A stretch of 64,000 nt of DNA from Bacteroidales bacterium (GTDB lineage: Bacteria > Bacteroidota > Bacteroidia > Bacteroidales > UBA12077): contig JAQIBH010000040.1 in assembly GCA_027859205.1 (NCBI GenBank), positions 1,825 to 65,824 on the forward strand, read 5' to 3'. The position numbers were made by a program, and so were the translations under genes. The notes below the pieces were generated by a model, which was not told the origin of the DNA, searched no databases, and saw only the letters and a program-made list of their open reading frames with translations. Below are positions 1-9,486 of this stretch, piece after piece (positions within the stretch are counted from its first letter, which is position 1; every line of letters begins with the position of its first letter).

Positions 1-2
1 TT

Positions 3-626
3 CATGAATTCGGGCATATCTTTGATGGATTGTCTTATAATGGTGAGTTTGCGGCACAAGCCAGTTCAAAATCTGATTTTGGTGAGTCTATGTCTCAAAT
101 TTTTGAGAACTGGATCTGGGATTATGAAATGCTTAGCTCGTTTGCAAAGCATTACGAAACAGGAGAGGTGTTGCCAAAAGAAATGTTTGATAATATGTTA
201 AATGCTAAAAATGTTTCTTCAGGTTATTACACTTTATCTTCACTGCGAAGTTGTATATACGACCTGAATTTATACGACAAATACAATCCTAAAACCCCGA
301 TTTCTACAGACGAATTATGGAGGAAAATAGATAAGAAATTGGATGTAATGAAAATTTATGAAGAAGGAACACATCCGCAAGCAAGCTGGATTCATATAAA
401 TACACACCCCGTGTACTATTATGGTTATTTATGGGCCGACGTATATGCTCAAGATATGTTTACCGAATTCGAAAAGAATGGGCTTCAAGATCTGGAAACA
501 GGATTAAGATTTCGCGATTTAATTCTTGCTAATGGAACGCAAAGAGATATAGTAGAAGCTGTTGAAGAATTTTTAGGGCGACCTTCAAACAATGAGGCAT
601 ACATTAAAAGTCTCGGACTTAATTAA
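3..626 (+). CDS. M3-family zinc metallopeptidase (oligopeptidase / peptidyl-dipeptidase-like), C-terminal part; 5' end outside window
   Basis: Frame 3 is open from the window edge. Nt 3-17 encode HEFGH (HExxH zinc motif) and run into track ORF 30..626 (GESMSQIFENWIWDYEML...HPVYYYGYLWADVYAQDMF), which reads like the C-terminal half of thimet-oligopeptidase/Dcp-type enzymes. Confidence 0.85.
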   Translation, partial: HEFGHIFDGLSYNGEFAAQASSKSDFGESMSQIFENWIWDYEMLSSFAKHYETGEVLPKEMFDNMLNAKNVSSGYYTLSSLRSCIYDLNLYDKYNPKTPISTDELWRKIDKKLDVMKIYEEGTHPQASWIHINTHPVYYYGYLWADVYAQDMFTEFEKNGLQDLETGLRFRDLILANGTQRDIVEAVEEFLGRPSNNEAYIKSLGLN

Positions 627-722
627 TAAGCAGTTTGTAACATAAAATAAATATCCTTATAACAAGAGTTTATTCAAAAAGTTATGATTCCCTTTATAAC
701 GGATGAATAGCATAACAAACAA

Positions 723-757
723 AAGAAGCTGTCTCAAAAGGACAGCTTCTTTTTTAA
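723..757 (+). terminator. Rho-independent terminator candidate after the peptidase gene
   Basis: Perfect 9-bp stem GAAGCTGTC / GACAGCTTC (725-733 / 741-749) with a 7-nt loop, followed by a T7 run. Confidence 0.6.
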
Positions 758-759
758 AA

Positions 760-1075
760 TATACTCGTAGGGCAAAATCCCGATAGCTATTGGGATGGAG
801 ACATAGTATTAATTATAGCCTGTCTGCCGATAGGCAGATTGACAAATTCGGATTAGGCTTGGCGCAAATTGTTTTAACAGGGCAAACAGTTAGTAACTGT
901 TTGAGCCAGCTTGTGGGAAGACATCGATCACGAACATACTTCGACAAGCTCAGCATGACAGTCCGAGATCTTAAATTATATTAAATACTGCGTATTACGG
1001 AATTTGCTATATAGGTCCTATAATGTTTGCGTTATAGCCTGTCCCGCATTTTCTGCGGGATTAATATAGCTTTGG
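760..1075 (+). repeat. Non-coding scaffold copy R1 (matches the 3' part of the long repeat at 10294-10680 / 19556-19754)
   Basis: 861-973 matches 10369-10481 at 111 of 113 positions by direct comparison. Flanking stretches (TACCCGTAGGGC..., AAATACTGCGTAT..., TTTGTCCTATAAT...) are also shared with the 10.3-10.7 kb and 19.55-19.75 kb regions. Confidence 0.85.
880..920 (+). repeat. H1 hairpin element, copy 1
   Basis: GGGCAAACAGTT-AGT-AACTGTTTGAGCCAGCTTGTGGGAAG; the same architecture occurs in five other copies. Confidence 0.8.
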
Positions 1076-1120
1076 TTAATAACTTATGTGTATGCCTTGA
1101 GGTACGAATGGCATACTCTA

Positions 1121-2959
1121 TCAATGACTTAGATCAATTACGGAAACAATATTCGAAAAATCAGCATTACAATAAATCAAATACGATTTTTTAAGATTTG
1201 AAAGGATTTCTTTTAACTTTTCCTCAGATAACTCAATAAAAACTTTTTTCAAATCTGAATACAATTCATTAAACGTACAAATGTTATTTTCAAGAGCTTT
1301 TAGAACATATCCGTATTCAGGTTCACCAAACACGATATTTTCTATTTCAATATCATTGCAATATTCTGTATAATAATATATGCTATTGTTTTCCTGAATT
1401 TTATAAGAAAACGTATTGTTTTTATAATGATTTTCAATTTCAATTAGTTTATCCCATTCCTTAACGTTATCCGGTACATTCTTCTCATATCTGAATAAAT
1501 GAAAGCGATCTTCAGTATTTGAGAAATAATCCGGCAACAGGGAAGTGATAACATCATAATCATATTTTTTTCTGTCATCATCTGACATTGAGGAATAATA
1601 TTTTGTCATTGACGATAACACCAAATTCACATATATATGGGAAAATGAAACAATACTATTATTATAAAAGAATCTTAAAAAATGTAGATTATTTATGCAT
1701 TCTTGCACATCATTTTCAGTTTCTTCAGGCACATGTTTTATTACATTGGCGGTAGGAGTGATTCCATTTTTAATAGAATGTTTTACTATAAATAGATTAT
1801 CAGAAAAGCTATTACTTTTATTCATTTTCTTTAATAATGAATCAGAAAGCGCATCATAACCGATAAAGATATTTTTAAAGCCTGCAATGGCCATTTTTTT
1901 CATGATTTTTGCATTGAATAGATCATTTGGTATAATCTCGGCCCAGAATATATAATCTTCTTCATTTTTGAATTTTAAGTCAATTATTAAGTCAAGTAAT
2001 TTCTCGAAATGCTCGAAGCTACCGAAAGTATCGCTATCCACAAATGAAAATGTTGTAATCCCATAATACTTTGAGATATGATCTATCTCATTCACAATAC
2101 ATTCAGGACTCCTGACTCGCAATTTGTATCCTTGATTAAAATCACAAAATTTGCATTTTCTCCAATGACAAGAGCGAATTGTATTTATGGGAATACTTAT
2201 TTGATCACTCTTTTTAGGATAAGGGTAGTTATTTATATAATCATCATAGTCAGGGAAAATATAATTCTTAAAATCTAAATAATCACTTTTATTTGTTGAC
2301 GATTGCAAAATCTCTTCTGCATCACGATACATCAAGCGAGGAACTACTTTAAAATCAGAAGTGTCTTTCTTTATTTGATTAGATAATTCTAATAATGGGT
2401 ATTCGCCTTCGCCCCAGGTAACAAAATCAAAATAAGGACAAACTTTAATTGCCTCTTTTGCAGCTTTCTCACTACCAAAACCGCCAACAATAATTTTTAC
2501 TTCAGGTGCAATTTTCTTTATTTCTTCGGCTAAAATTATGCCCGGAATCCATTGATTATACTTAGCACTAATTCCAAAAAGCAAAATCTCAGTAAAATCA
2601 ATTTTTGTAATCTCACGATGAATTATTTCGAAAATTTCTTCTTTTTTAGTTTGTAAAAACTCCAAATAATACTTCGAGTTAATAGTTTTATAAGTAGAAT
2701 CTAATTTCTGAAGTAATGAAATGATTCGATTGTTGCCTTTTGCATTATTATCACGATCATTTAGGATTGAGAGAAAAGGAAGAATTCTAATTTCGGTATC
2801 TTCAGTTTTCACATAATCAGACATTAAGGATAATAAAAAATTCCAATATTTTATTTCTGTTTCAACACCATTGCTTACCATAAACTTTTTAAGGATGGAT
2901 AGTGAAATAGAAGGACTATATATATCAGCAGGAGGTAGGCAATTTAGAAGAATCTTCAT
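1121..2959 (-). CDS. B12-binding-domain radical SAM protein (class B rSAM-like), 612 aa
   Basis: The N-terminal ~200 aa have a Rossmann-like B12-binding-domain pattern (ILLFGISAKYNQWIPG...KIIVGGFG). The central cysteine cluster is IRSCHWRKCKFCDF, followed by TIM-barrel-like rSAM core strings (FSFVDSDTFG, IFIGYDALSD). There is a C-terminal ~90-aa extension. Confidence 0.8.
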   Translation of the reverse strand: MKILLNCLPPADIYSPSISLSILKKFMVSNGVETEIKYWNFLLSLMSDYVKTEDTEIRILPFLSILNDRDNNAKGNNRIISLLQKLDSTYKTINSKYYLEFLQTKKEEIFEIIHREITKIDFTEILLFGISAKYNQWIPGIILAEEIKKIAPEVKIIVGGFGSEKAAKEAIKVCPYFDFVTWGEGEYPLLELSNQIKKDTSDFKVVPRLMYRDAEEILQSSTNKSDYLDFKNYIFPDYDDYINNYPYPKKSDQISIPINTIRSCHWRKCKFCDFNQGYKLRVRSPECIVNEIDHISKYYGITTFSFVDSDTFGSFEHFEKLLDLIIDLKFKNEEDYIFWAEIIPNDLFNAKIMKKMAIAGFKNIFIGYDALSDSLLKKMNKSNSFSDNLFIVKHSIKNGITPTANVIKHVPEETENDVQECINNLHFLRFFYNNSIVSFSHIYVNLVLSSMTKYYSSMSDDDRKKYDYDVITSLLPDYFSNTEDRFHLFRYEKNVPDNVKEWDKLIEIENHYKNNTFSYKIQENNSIYYYTEYCNDIEIENIVFGEPEYGYVLKALENNICTFNELYSDLKKVFIELSEEKLKEILSNLKKSYLIYCNADFSNIVSVIDLSH

Positions 2960-3191
2960 CAGCTTTTCATATAAGGTATTTAGCTATTATTTACACAAAA
3001 ATAAGTTAAATATGAGCATAATATGGAAATATTCGGATGTTTTAATATTCTATTTAATACAATAGCTTTAAAGCAATCCTTATTTCGATATTGAATAATT
3101 AGTTCTAAAATAGGTAAACTAAATCAATTGAATATAAATTCATTGTTAAAAGTAACCCAAAATAAAACGCGTACAATATTTAAGTCGTTGA

Positions 3192-3316
3192 CAATCGCAT
3201 ACCTGTCTGCCGACAGGCAGGATTACCCGAATAAGACAACTCGAAGTGCATTCTATTTACCCGTAGGGCGAAATCCCGATAGCTATCGGGATGAAGTAAA
3301 ATGTGTGTGGAGTGAT
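3192..3316 (+). repeat. Non-coding scaffold copy R2 (short variant)
   Basis: AATCGCATA...ATTACCCGAATAAGACAACTCGAAG...TATTTACCCGTAGGGCGAA...GAAGTAAAATGTGTGTGGAGTGA aligns with 10235-10307 / 19497-19569 and with the scaffold end at 10762-10785. It carries two inserted palindromes (3202-3221, 3273-3292). Confidence 0.8.
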
Positions 3317-3608
3317 TATTAAAAATAATTTTAGTTCCAATAAATCATCTTTCTAATTTAAATGTCATTGTAATTTATTAAACAAATAAAGATCATTTTT
3401 TTACTAATCATCCTACGCGCTCATTATCAGCACTTTCTGTATTCTGTTAATATCTTTCTAAAAAAAGCCTAACAATTGGGGGTCACCTTTTTGTATATTA
3501 AGGAATTAATAGGTGAAGGCTTAAGAGTAAATATACAGTCACCAGAATTGTTAGAGGTAATTTGCTAATTAAAGAACATTTTTATTCGAAACTTAAACAT
3601 CGATAATA

Positions 3609-4607
3609 ATGAAACAAAAAGTAATTTTTACTGCCGATGATTATGGTCCTATACCATCTATAAATGATGGCATAATTGAGGCTGTTAAAACTGGATGCAT
3701 TAATTCCGTGGAAGCATTTGCAAACCACGATAATTTTAAAGAATCAATTAATCGTTTAATTAATGAATGCGATTCTGATAGCTTTGAGTTGGGATGCCAC
3801 CTAACTATTACTTCGGGTAAACCTATTACAGGTATGAAAAGTTTATTTGTACGTAACTTATCTTTTAATAAAAAAGGATATTTCCGAAAATACACTGATC
3901 TCAGAAGACCATTTAAACAAGCAAAACGAGATGATCAAGTAAAAATACTTAAAGAGGAGCTTAATGCTCAGATTTATCAATTCGAAAAACATGGTTTTAA
4001 AGATAAACTTACACACCTAAGTTGCCATCATAATGCATTATTCTTTTTCGAAGACTACCTAAATACATATTTTGAGCTAGCTAAAGAAAATAACCTCGCA
4101 GTTCGGACTCCTCACGGGATTCCATTTAAAAGACATAAAAGTTTTATACAAATTGTTGTTGCACTATCGGCAAAAAATCTAAGCCTTAAAGACAGGAACT
4201 ATATGATTCAATTTGCTAAAAAAATACCAGATTTATCTAACATGATTAAAAATCCACCTCCTCCGAATCGTCCTGTTTATCATATAAATGCTAATTATGG
4301 ACCTTTGGGTTTAAAAGTATTAGACGAAGAAGATATTGACGAATATGCAGAAGAAAAACATGCCTTACTTAAAAATTATTTAGAAAAATATGAGAATAAA
4401 GGTATCTCGGAATACGTATTTCATTTAATTACTGATGATTTTGCTAAACATCAGGAGTATAAAAATCAGGCTTTATTTAAAAATTGTAATTATACTGGAA
4501 TAGACAGCACTTATTTTGATAGTAGAATGGCTGAAATACGCTCTTTAATTAAATATAAAAATGTAATTGATAATATGACTGATAAAGTATCCTGGAAACA
4601 AGTATAA
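3609..4607 (+). CDS. YdjC/ChbG-family (carbohydrate deacetylase-like) protein, divergent, 332 aa
   Basis: The N-terminus VIFTADDYGPIPSINDGIIEAVKTGCINSVE fits the YdjC-family DD(F/Y)G opening. Later His-containing strings are LGCHLTITSGKPI and THLSCHHN. An 18-nt gap to the next ORF suggests an operon. Confidence 0.65.
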   Translation: MKQKVIFTADDYGPIPSINDGIIEAVKTGCINSVEAFANHDNFKESINRLINECDSDSFELGCHLTITSGKPITGMKSLFVRNLSFNKKGYFRKYTDLRRPFKQAKRDDQVKILKEELNAQIYQFEKHGFKDKLTHLSCHHNALFFFEDYLNTYFELAKENNLAVRTPHGIPFKRHKSFIQIVVALSAKNLSLKDRNYMIQFAKKIPDLSNMIKNPPPPNRPVYHINANYGPLGLKVLDEEDIDEYAEEKHALLKNYLEKYENKGISEYVFHLITDDFAKHQEYKNQALFKNCNYTGIDSTYFDSRMAEIRSLIKYKNVIDNMTDKVSWKQV

Positions 4608-4624
4608 AATTAAAACTTAATATT

Positions 4625-6193
4625 ATGCCACAATATTACGATGCACATTGTCATATCTTTAATAAGAATATTTTTCTGAGACAGGTGGTTGAAATTGCAG
4701 TAAGCTTGCACGAACTCACTAAATTAGCTGAAAAGAAAAAAAAGTTAAAACTTATTAAAAAAACAGTTAAAAATATTGATTTAGGACTAGATACATTTAT
4801 GAATAATAATATTAGTAATGTATTTGACGACTTAAATAATGCATATAATGGTAAGTTTATTATTACTCCTTTACCTATAGACTTGACCTATACCGATGAT
4901 AATGACGGAAGTACCAGAGAAGATTTAAGATATGTTAATCAACTCAAATGGTTTTTAATAAAGATTTTGGCTATTATTGGATTAATAAAAGGATTTACGA
5001 ATAAAGAAATTGATGAAATTCTAAATAAAATAAAGGTCAATATTAAGAAATTAATTAAATCGCTTAAAAATGATCTTGAGCATAATGAATGGCTTATTGA
5101 TAGTAATAATTACAATGATCAGATAAAAAATCATTTGCAGCTTGCAAAAGCAAATCCAAAAGTTAAACCTTTTCTATCTCTTGATCCTCGAAGACAACGC
5201 CGTGATAATAAGAACCTAATGGATCTGGTAGAAAAGTATTTCAAAGAAGATCCTGGATACTTTGTCGGTATTAAATTATATGCCCCTGTTGGATTTTCTC
5301 CAACAGATCCAATTTTAATGGGAGATGATGAGCATAATCAAAGTATTTATAAATATTGCCAAGAAAAGAAAATCCCAATTACAATACACAATTCAAATTC
5401 TGGGTTTTCGTGTTTTTCTAAAGAACTAAGAGTTACCGGATTAATTCGTAACGATAGAGGAAACTTAGTGGCATGCGATAATAAGAAGTATAAGTTTAAA
5501 AAGAAATTCTTTAAAGTTGTAGGTATTGGCGAGGCTATTGAAGAGCGTGCCAGAGTTTTAAATCATCCATCATTATGGGAAAAAGTATTGGAAAAATTTC
5601 CAAATTTAATACTGAATTTTGGCCACTTTGGAGGAAGTAGCCAAATTATGGAAAGGGTTAATTATAGTTTCCCTAATAATTTTAAAGATCTGGATACTTT
5701 TGATGTGACTAAAATGGCAAAAAAAGTAAAAGACAAAGCGAAAAGAGGAAAAGTCTGGGATCTTTTTATGGAAATAGATGGAGTTTATAATATTAAATCT
5801 AATCTTTCAAAAAAAGATCGAAAAGAAACTTGGGAAATATTATACAAAGCAGGAGTAATTGATAACTGGAGTCAGGCAATATTTGATATTATTATTAAAT
5901 ATCCTAATGCATACACCGATTTGTCTTGTTTTAGGGCATTTGATAAAAAAGGGGATACCTCATTTATTAATAATTTAACAAAATTTAAAAAGAACTTTTT
6001 TGATCCTTTAGATGCAAAACACAAAGAAAAGTTTTTATATGGTACCGATTTCTTTTTAATTCTGTTATCGGGTATTGAACCAAAAAATTATGTTAAAACC
6101 TTTGACAAAGTTTTTAATACAGATGAAAGCAAAGATTTTGATTTAATTGCAAGTAAGAATCCTGAAAAGTTTCTTGGAATCAGTAATAATTAG
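4625..6193 (+). CDS. Amidohydrolase-superfamily (TIM-barrel metal-dependent hydrolase, TatD/amidohydrolase_2-like) protein, 522 aa
   Basis: YYDAHCHIF (HxH on strand 1), ITIHNSN, NFGHFGG and LYGTDFF (strand-8 Asp) appear in the order expected for the amidohydrolase metal site. A long Lys-rich insertion follows the first motif. Confidence 0.55.
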   Translation: MPQYYDAHCHIFNKNIFLRQVVEIAVSLHELTKLAEKKKKLKLIKKTVKNIDLGLDTFMNNNISNVFDDLNNAYNGKFIITPLPIDLTYTDDNDGSTREDLRYVNQLKWFLIKILAIIGLIKGFTNKEIDEILNKIKVNIKKLIKSLKNDLEHNEWLIDSNNYNDQIKNHLQLAKANPKVKPFLSLDPRRQRRDNKNLMDLVEKYFKEDPGYFVGIKLYAPVGFSPTDPILMGDDEHNQSIYKYCQEKKIPITIHNSNSGFSCFSKELRVTGLIRNDRGNLVACDNKKYKFKKKFFKVVGIGEAIEERARVLNHPSLWEKVLEKFPNLILNFGHFGGSSQIMERVNYSFPNNFKDLDTFDVTKMAKKVKDKAKRGKVWDLFMEIDGVYNIKSNLSKKDRKETWEILYKAGVIDNWSQAIFDIIIKYPNAYTDLSCFRAFDKKGDTSFINNLTKFKKNFFDPLDAKHKEKFLYGTDFFLILLSGIEPKNYVKTFDKVFNTDESKDFDLIASKNPEKFLGISNN

Positions 6194-6248
6194 AACAAAA
6201 TTCCACTACGTTCAATAATCCAATTAATGCAATTCGAAGGCAAGCGGT

Positions 6249-6545
6249 ATGTATACACAATTTACTAGCATTTGTCCTATAACTTTAGCGCACTTAGCGA
6301 AGCGATTTCACGAACAAAGTGAGTAACAAAGCGTTCTCACGACCCAAGGGAGTAATGTCCTGCATGGAGCCTGTCCCGAACTCCTGCCTGCCGGCAGGCA
6401 AGGTGATTCGGGATTAACATAGCTTCGCTCAATAATTAATTGCTTTTTTTTAGGGTAAGAAAATAAAAATTCTACTTTCTCGCACTACCCAAACGAAATA
6501 CTTTTTTTACGTAATGAAATGGAGTGAAATGGGTGTGGAGTGATA
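6249..6545 (+). repeat. Non-coding scaffold copy R3
   Basis: TACACAATTTACTAGCATTTGTCCTATAA...TAACATAGCTTCGCTCAATAATTAATTGC...AGGGTAAGAAAATAAAAATTCTAC...GAAATGGGTGTGGAGTGA aligns with 10503-10785. A ~130-nt block of nested hairpin elements is inserted at 6281-6414. Confidence 0.85.
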
Positions 6546-6802
6546 ACTACGTTAGTGAAAATTATAAAGAAATCACTAACTTAAAGCAGTTTATAATAAA
6601 TTCACTAAAATGAAAGTACAAATAGGGAAGTATAGTTTATTGTAAAAACTAATAATAAGAAAGTTGCTTAATTTATTTGAATCAAAAATGTAGGAAATAC
6701 TAGCGATTATAACAATAAACTGTAAATATTAGTAAATTCATTTGTTTTTATTGATTATTAATTGCAATATTTGCATAAATTGTGTAAATAATTCAAATAA
6801 AA

Positions 6803-8059
6803 ATGTTAATAGAAATTTCAATAACTAATTATAGGTCGTTAAAAGAAAAATCAACATTAAGCTTAATAGCTGATGGGTACGATTCTAAATCAGAGAACAT
6901 AAATCTATTTGAATATGCCAATGATAAAAAGCTTAGACTTCATAATAGTGTTCTTATTTTTGGAGCAAATGGATCTGGTAAATCAAATATTGTTCGTGGA
7001 TTATGGACTCTAACGTGGTTATTAAATAACCCTAGACACGAAGGAGAACCTATAAATTTCTTTGATCCTTTTAAATTTAATGTAAATACAAAAAATCAAC
7101 CTAATAAATTTGAGATTAAATTCTTAGACTCAGATGCGATTCCATATTTGTATGTAGTTTCTTTTAATAGTGAGAAGATAACAGAAGAAAAGCTAACATA
7201 TTGGCCAAATAATAGAGAAACAGAAGTCTTTACTAGAGAAATCTTGGACGAAAATAGTAAGGTGCATGTAATTAAAATAGGAAAAGCTGCACAAGAAAAG
7301 AATAGTGAAGAAAACATCTACAAAAACAATTTCGCGATTTCGCACTTTTCTTCTCTAACTCCAAATGAAGTGATTCTAAATGCCTTCAATTCACTAAAGC
7401 GAATTCGCATTTGTAATAGCCTTAACATCGGTCATAGAATTAAAATATCTGATGATTTTGGTGAATTACTAATTAATAATGAATGGTTTAATAGAAGAGT
7501 CAATGCGCTTATCCGATATGCTGATTTAAATATAAATCTTGTGCGAGCTGAAAAGAAAGTTGACTCAGATGATCGAAAAGGAATTGACAAATTTAAGTTT
7601 TATACTCAACATTATTTATATAATGGAGATCAACGAACAGATATTTCTCTTGATATTCCTTTGAAAGAAGAGTCTGAAGGTTCACAAACAATTATAAGTC
7701 TTGGAAGTGAAATCATACACGCTTTGGATGAAGGAGGAGCGCTAATCGTTGACGAATTCGAAACTAGTCTTCATCCGAAACTTAGCAAAGCTTTGATACG
7801 TATTTTTCAAAGTAAAAAATTAAACCCCAAAAAGGCTCAATTAATTTTTACTACACACGATACTAATTTAATGGATCATCATATTTTTAGACGTGATCAA
7901 ATCTGGTTTACGGAAAAAAATAGTAGGGGTGAAACTGAATTATTTTCGATGATTGATTTTGATAATTTAAGAGAAGGTCATGTTTTCGAAAAATGGTATT
8001 TGTCAGGCAAATTTGGAGCATTACCACAATTAGAAACTATCGAAAAAGCGTTTGGATGA
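6803..8059 (+). CDS. AAA-family ATPase (AAA_21/ABC-like), AbiLi / OLD-ATPase-like
   Basis: Walker A FGANGSGKSN near the N-terminus; Walker B-like LIVDEFETSLHP followed by IFTTHD (ABC-type H-loop region). It is translationally coupled to an RloB-like gene. Confidence 0.8.
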   Translation: MLIEISITNYRSLKEKSTLSLIADGYDSKSENINLFEYANDKKLRLHNSVLIFGANGSGKSNIVRGLWTLTWLLNNPRHEGEPINFFDPFKFNVNTKNQPNKFEIKFLDSDAIPYLYVVSFNSEKITEEKLTYWPNNRETEVFTREILDENSKVHVIKIGKAAQEKNSEENIYKNNFAISHFSSLTPNEVILNAFNSLKRIRICNSLNIGHRIKISDDFGELLINNEWFNRRVNALIRYADLNINLVRAEKKVDSDDRKGIDKFKFYTQHYLYNGDQRTDISLDIPLKEESEGSQTIISLGSEIIHALDEGGALIVDEFETSLHPKLSKALIRIFQSKKLNPKKAQLIFTTHDTNLMDHHIFRRDQIWFTEKNSRGETELFSMIDFDNLREGHVFEKWYLSGKFGALPQLETIEKAFG

Positions 8060-9177
8060 GCAGAATCACAGGATCAAAAAAGACAGCTCATACTGTATTA
8101 ATTGTCTGTGAAGGAAAAAATACTGAACCTTCATATTTTGAGTCCTTAGAATCCTATATTCGTGATAAATATTCTGATCATTATCCAAACGGAATAACTT
8201 TTGATATTTTCCCAATCGGTCCCGAAACTCAGGAAGCTATAAAGCAAGAGAGTGAACTGTTTTCAAGAAAAAAAACTACTAGAGTAGTTAAAAATGCTGA
8301 ACAAATAATTAATGAAGACATAGAAGAAGAATATAGCCCAGCGCCAATACGATGGGTTCGATATGCTCAGAAACAATCTATAAATGTTGGGTATAACCAA
8401 GTTTGGAGTGTTTTTGACTATGACAATCGAAGTGCCTCACACATAGAAAAGTCTTTTAATCAAGCCGAAACGGCAACGACTGACGGTATTGATAAAGTAC
8501 AAATAGCTTATAGCTCATATTCATTTGAATATTGGATACTATTACATTATGAACTTTATGAGAAGTATTTGGGTTTTTCTGAATGTAAGGATGAAAAAAG
8601 AGAACCTATTGCATGCGGAACTAAAGCTCATTCTGATGATTGCAATGGAAATAAATGTTTAACTGGTTATTTATATCTTAATGATCCTAAGGTTGGGTCT
8701 ATTTTAAAAACTGAGGAATCAACTTTTCCATACATAAAAGAAAATATGAGGAAAGCATGTATTAGGGCTAAGTATATGAGAACATTGCATTCAAAAGAGA
8801 CTACTAACAAATGGGAGATGAAACCTGTAACTACTATGGATGAAATGTTAGAATCATTGATCCCAGGATTAAATAATATTACATGGCATTTAGCAACAAA
8901 CGAAATTGTTTTTACTAATTGGAAAATTAGTTGGTCTCGTAATGAAAGCTTACTAACAATAAAACTTATAACTAATGGGAGAGAAACAGTTTTAATCAAT
9001 GCCTATAATATCTGTCTTTACGATGAAAAATTAGATCACGATGGAGTTAATCAAAGAATATTGAAACAAGGACAAGGAGAGTATGACATTGTTGAAATAG
9101 ATATTAGCAAATTAGACATTATACCTTGTTATATTTCTATAAAAAAAGGTGTAGATACACATTTTTCAAAATTGTAA
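8056..9177 (+). CDS. RloB-like (Toprim-like) protein, AbiLii-like
   Basis: The likely start is the ATG at 8056, overlapping the upstream stop (ATGA). VLIVCEGKNTEPSYFESL is the characteristic RloB N-terminal motif. Later WSVFDYD... and a Cys-rich stretch. The track ORF 7993.. begins upstream inside the ATPase gene. Confidence 0.75.
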   Translation: MSRITGSKKTAHTVLIVCEGKNTEPSYFESLESYIRDKYSDHYPNGITFDIFPIGPETQEAIKQESELFSRKKTTRVVKNAEQIINEDIEEEYSPAPIRWVRYAQKQSINVGYNQVWSVFDYDNRSASHIEKSFNQAETATTDGIDKVQIAYSSYSFEYWILLHYELYEKYLGFSECKDEKREPIACGTKAHSDDCNGNKCLTGYLYLNDPKVGSILKTEESTFPYIKENMRKACIRAKYMRTLHSKETTNKWEMKPVTTMDEMLESLIPGLNNITWHLATNEIVFTNWKISWSRNESLLTIKLITNGRETVLINAYNICLYDEKLDHDGVNQRILKQGQGEYDIVEIDISKLDIIPCYISIKKGVDTHFSKL

Positions 9178-9272
9178 AAGCTGCTGATTAAGTTCTAATA
9201 AGACTATATACATTATGTTAAATAGAAAGTCAACTCAAGGCTTTTCTGGCATCTTAATAATTTTGTCTTAAA

Positions 9273-9314
9273 GGGCGAACATCCAGTGGATGTTTGAGCC
9301 AGGTTGTGGGGAGG
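9273..9314 (+). repeat. H1 hairpin element, copy 2
   Basis: GGGCGAACATCC-AGT-GGATGTTTGAGCCAGGTTGTGGGGAGG. Confidence 0.8.
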
Positions 9315-9444
9315 CGAGTAGTTTACGAGCGATAGGTCTGGTAAGCTTTACACGAGTTTTAGGCTTCTAAATTAACCATAAAACACTATATTTTAACTAA
9401 AACGGCTTGTAATGTGTGGAGTAAGCTATTCCGTAGTTTTAGAA

Positions 9445-9486
9445 GGGCAGTTGTCTAGTAGACAACTGAGCCAGGATGTGCGGAAG
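9445..9486 (+). repeat. H1 hairpin element, copy 3
   Basis: GGGCAGTTGTCT-AGT-AGACAACTGAGCCAGGATGTGCGGAAG. Confidence 0.75.

Noticed and set aside
790-984. Track ORFs lying entirely inside scaffold repeats: 790..984 (+), 3128..3322 (+), 10342..10575 (-), 10367..10603 (+)
   Set aside because: They are made of the palindromic elements themselves (translations such as SADRQ, GQTVSNCLSQLVGRHRSRTYFDKLSMTVRDL). They exist on both strands of the same DNA, lack plausible starts or contexts, and change frame between repeat copies because of the indels. They are non-coding repeats.
6205-6553. 8-bp direct repeat ACTACGTT (6205-6212 and 6546-6553) flanking scaffold copy R3, as a possible target-site duplication
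   Set aside because: Eight bases in AT-rich sequence can match by chance, and no equivalent duplication flanks the other scaffold copies.
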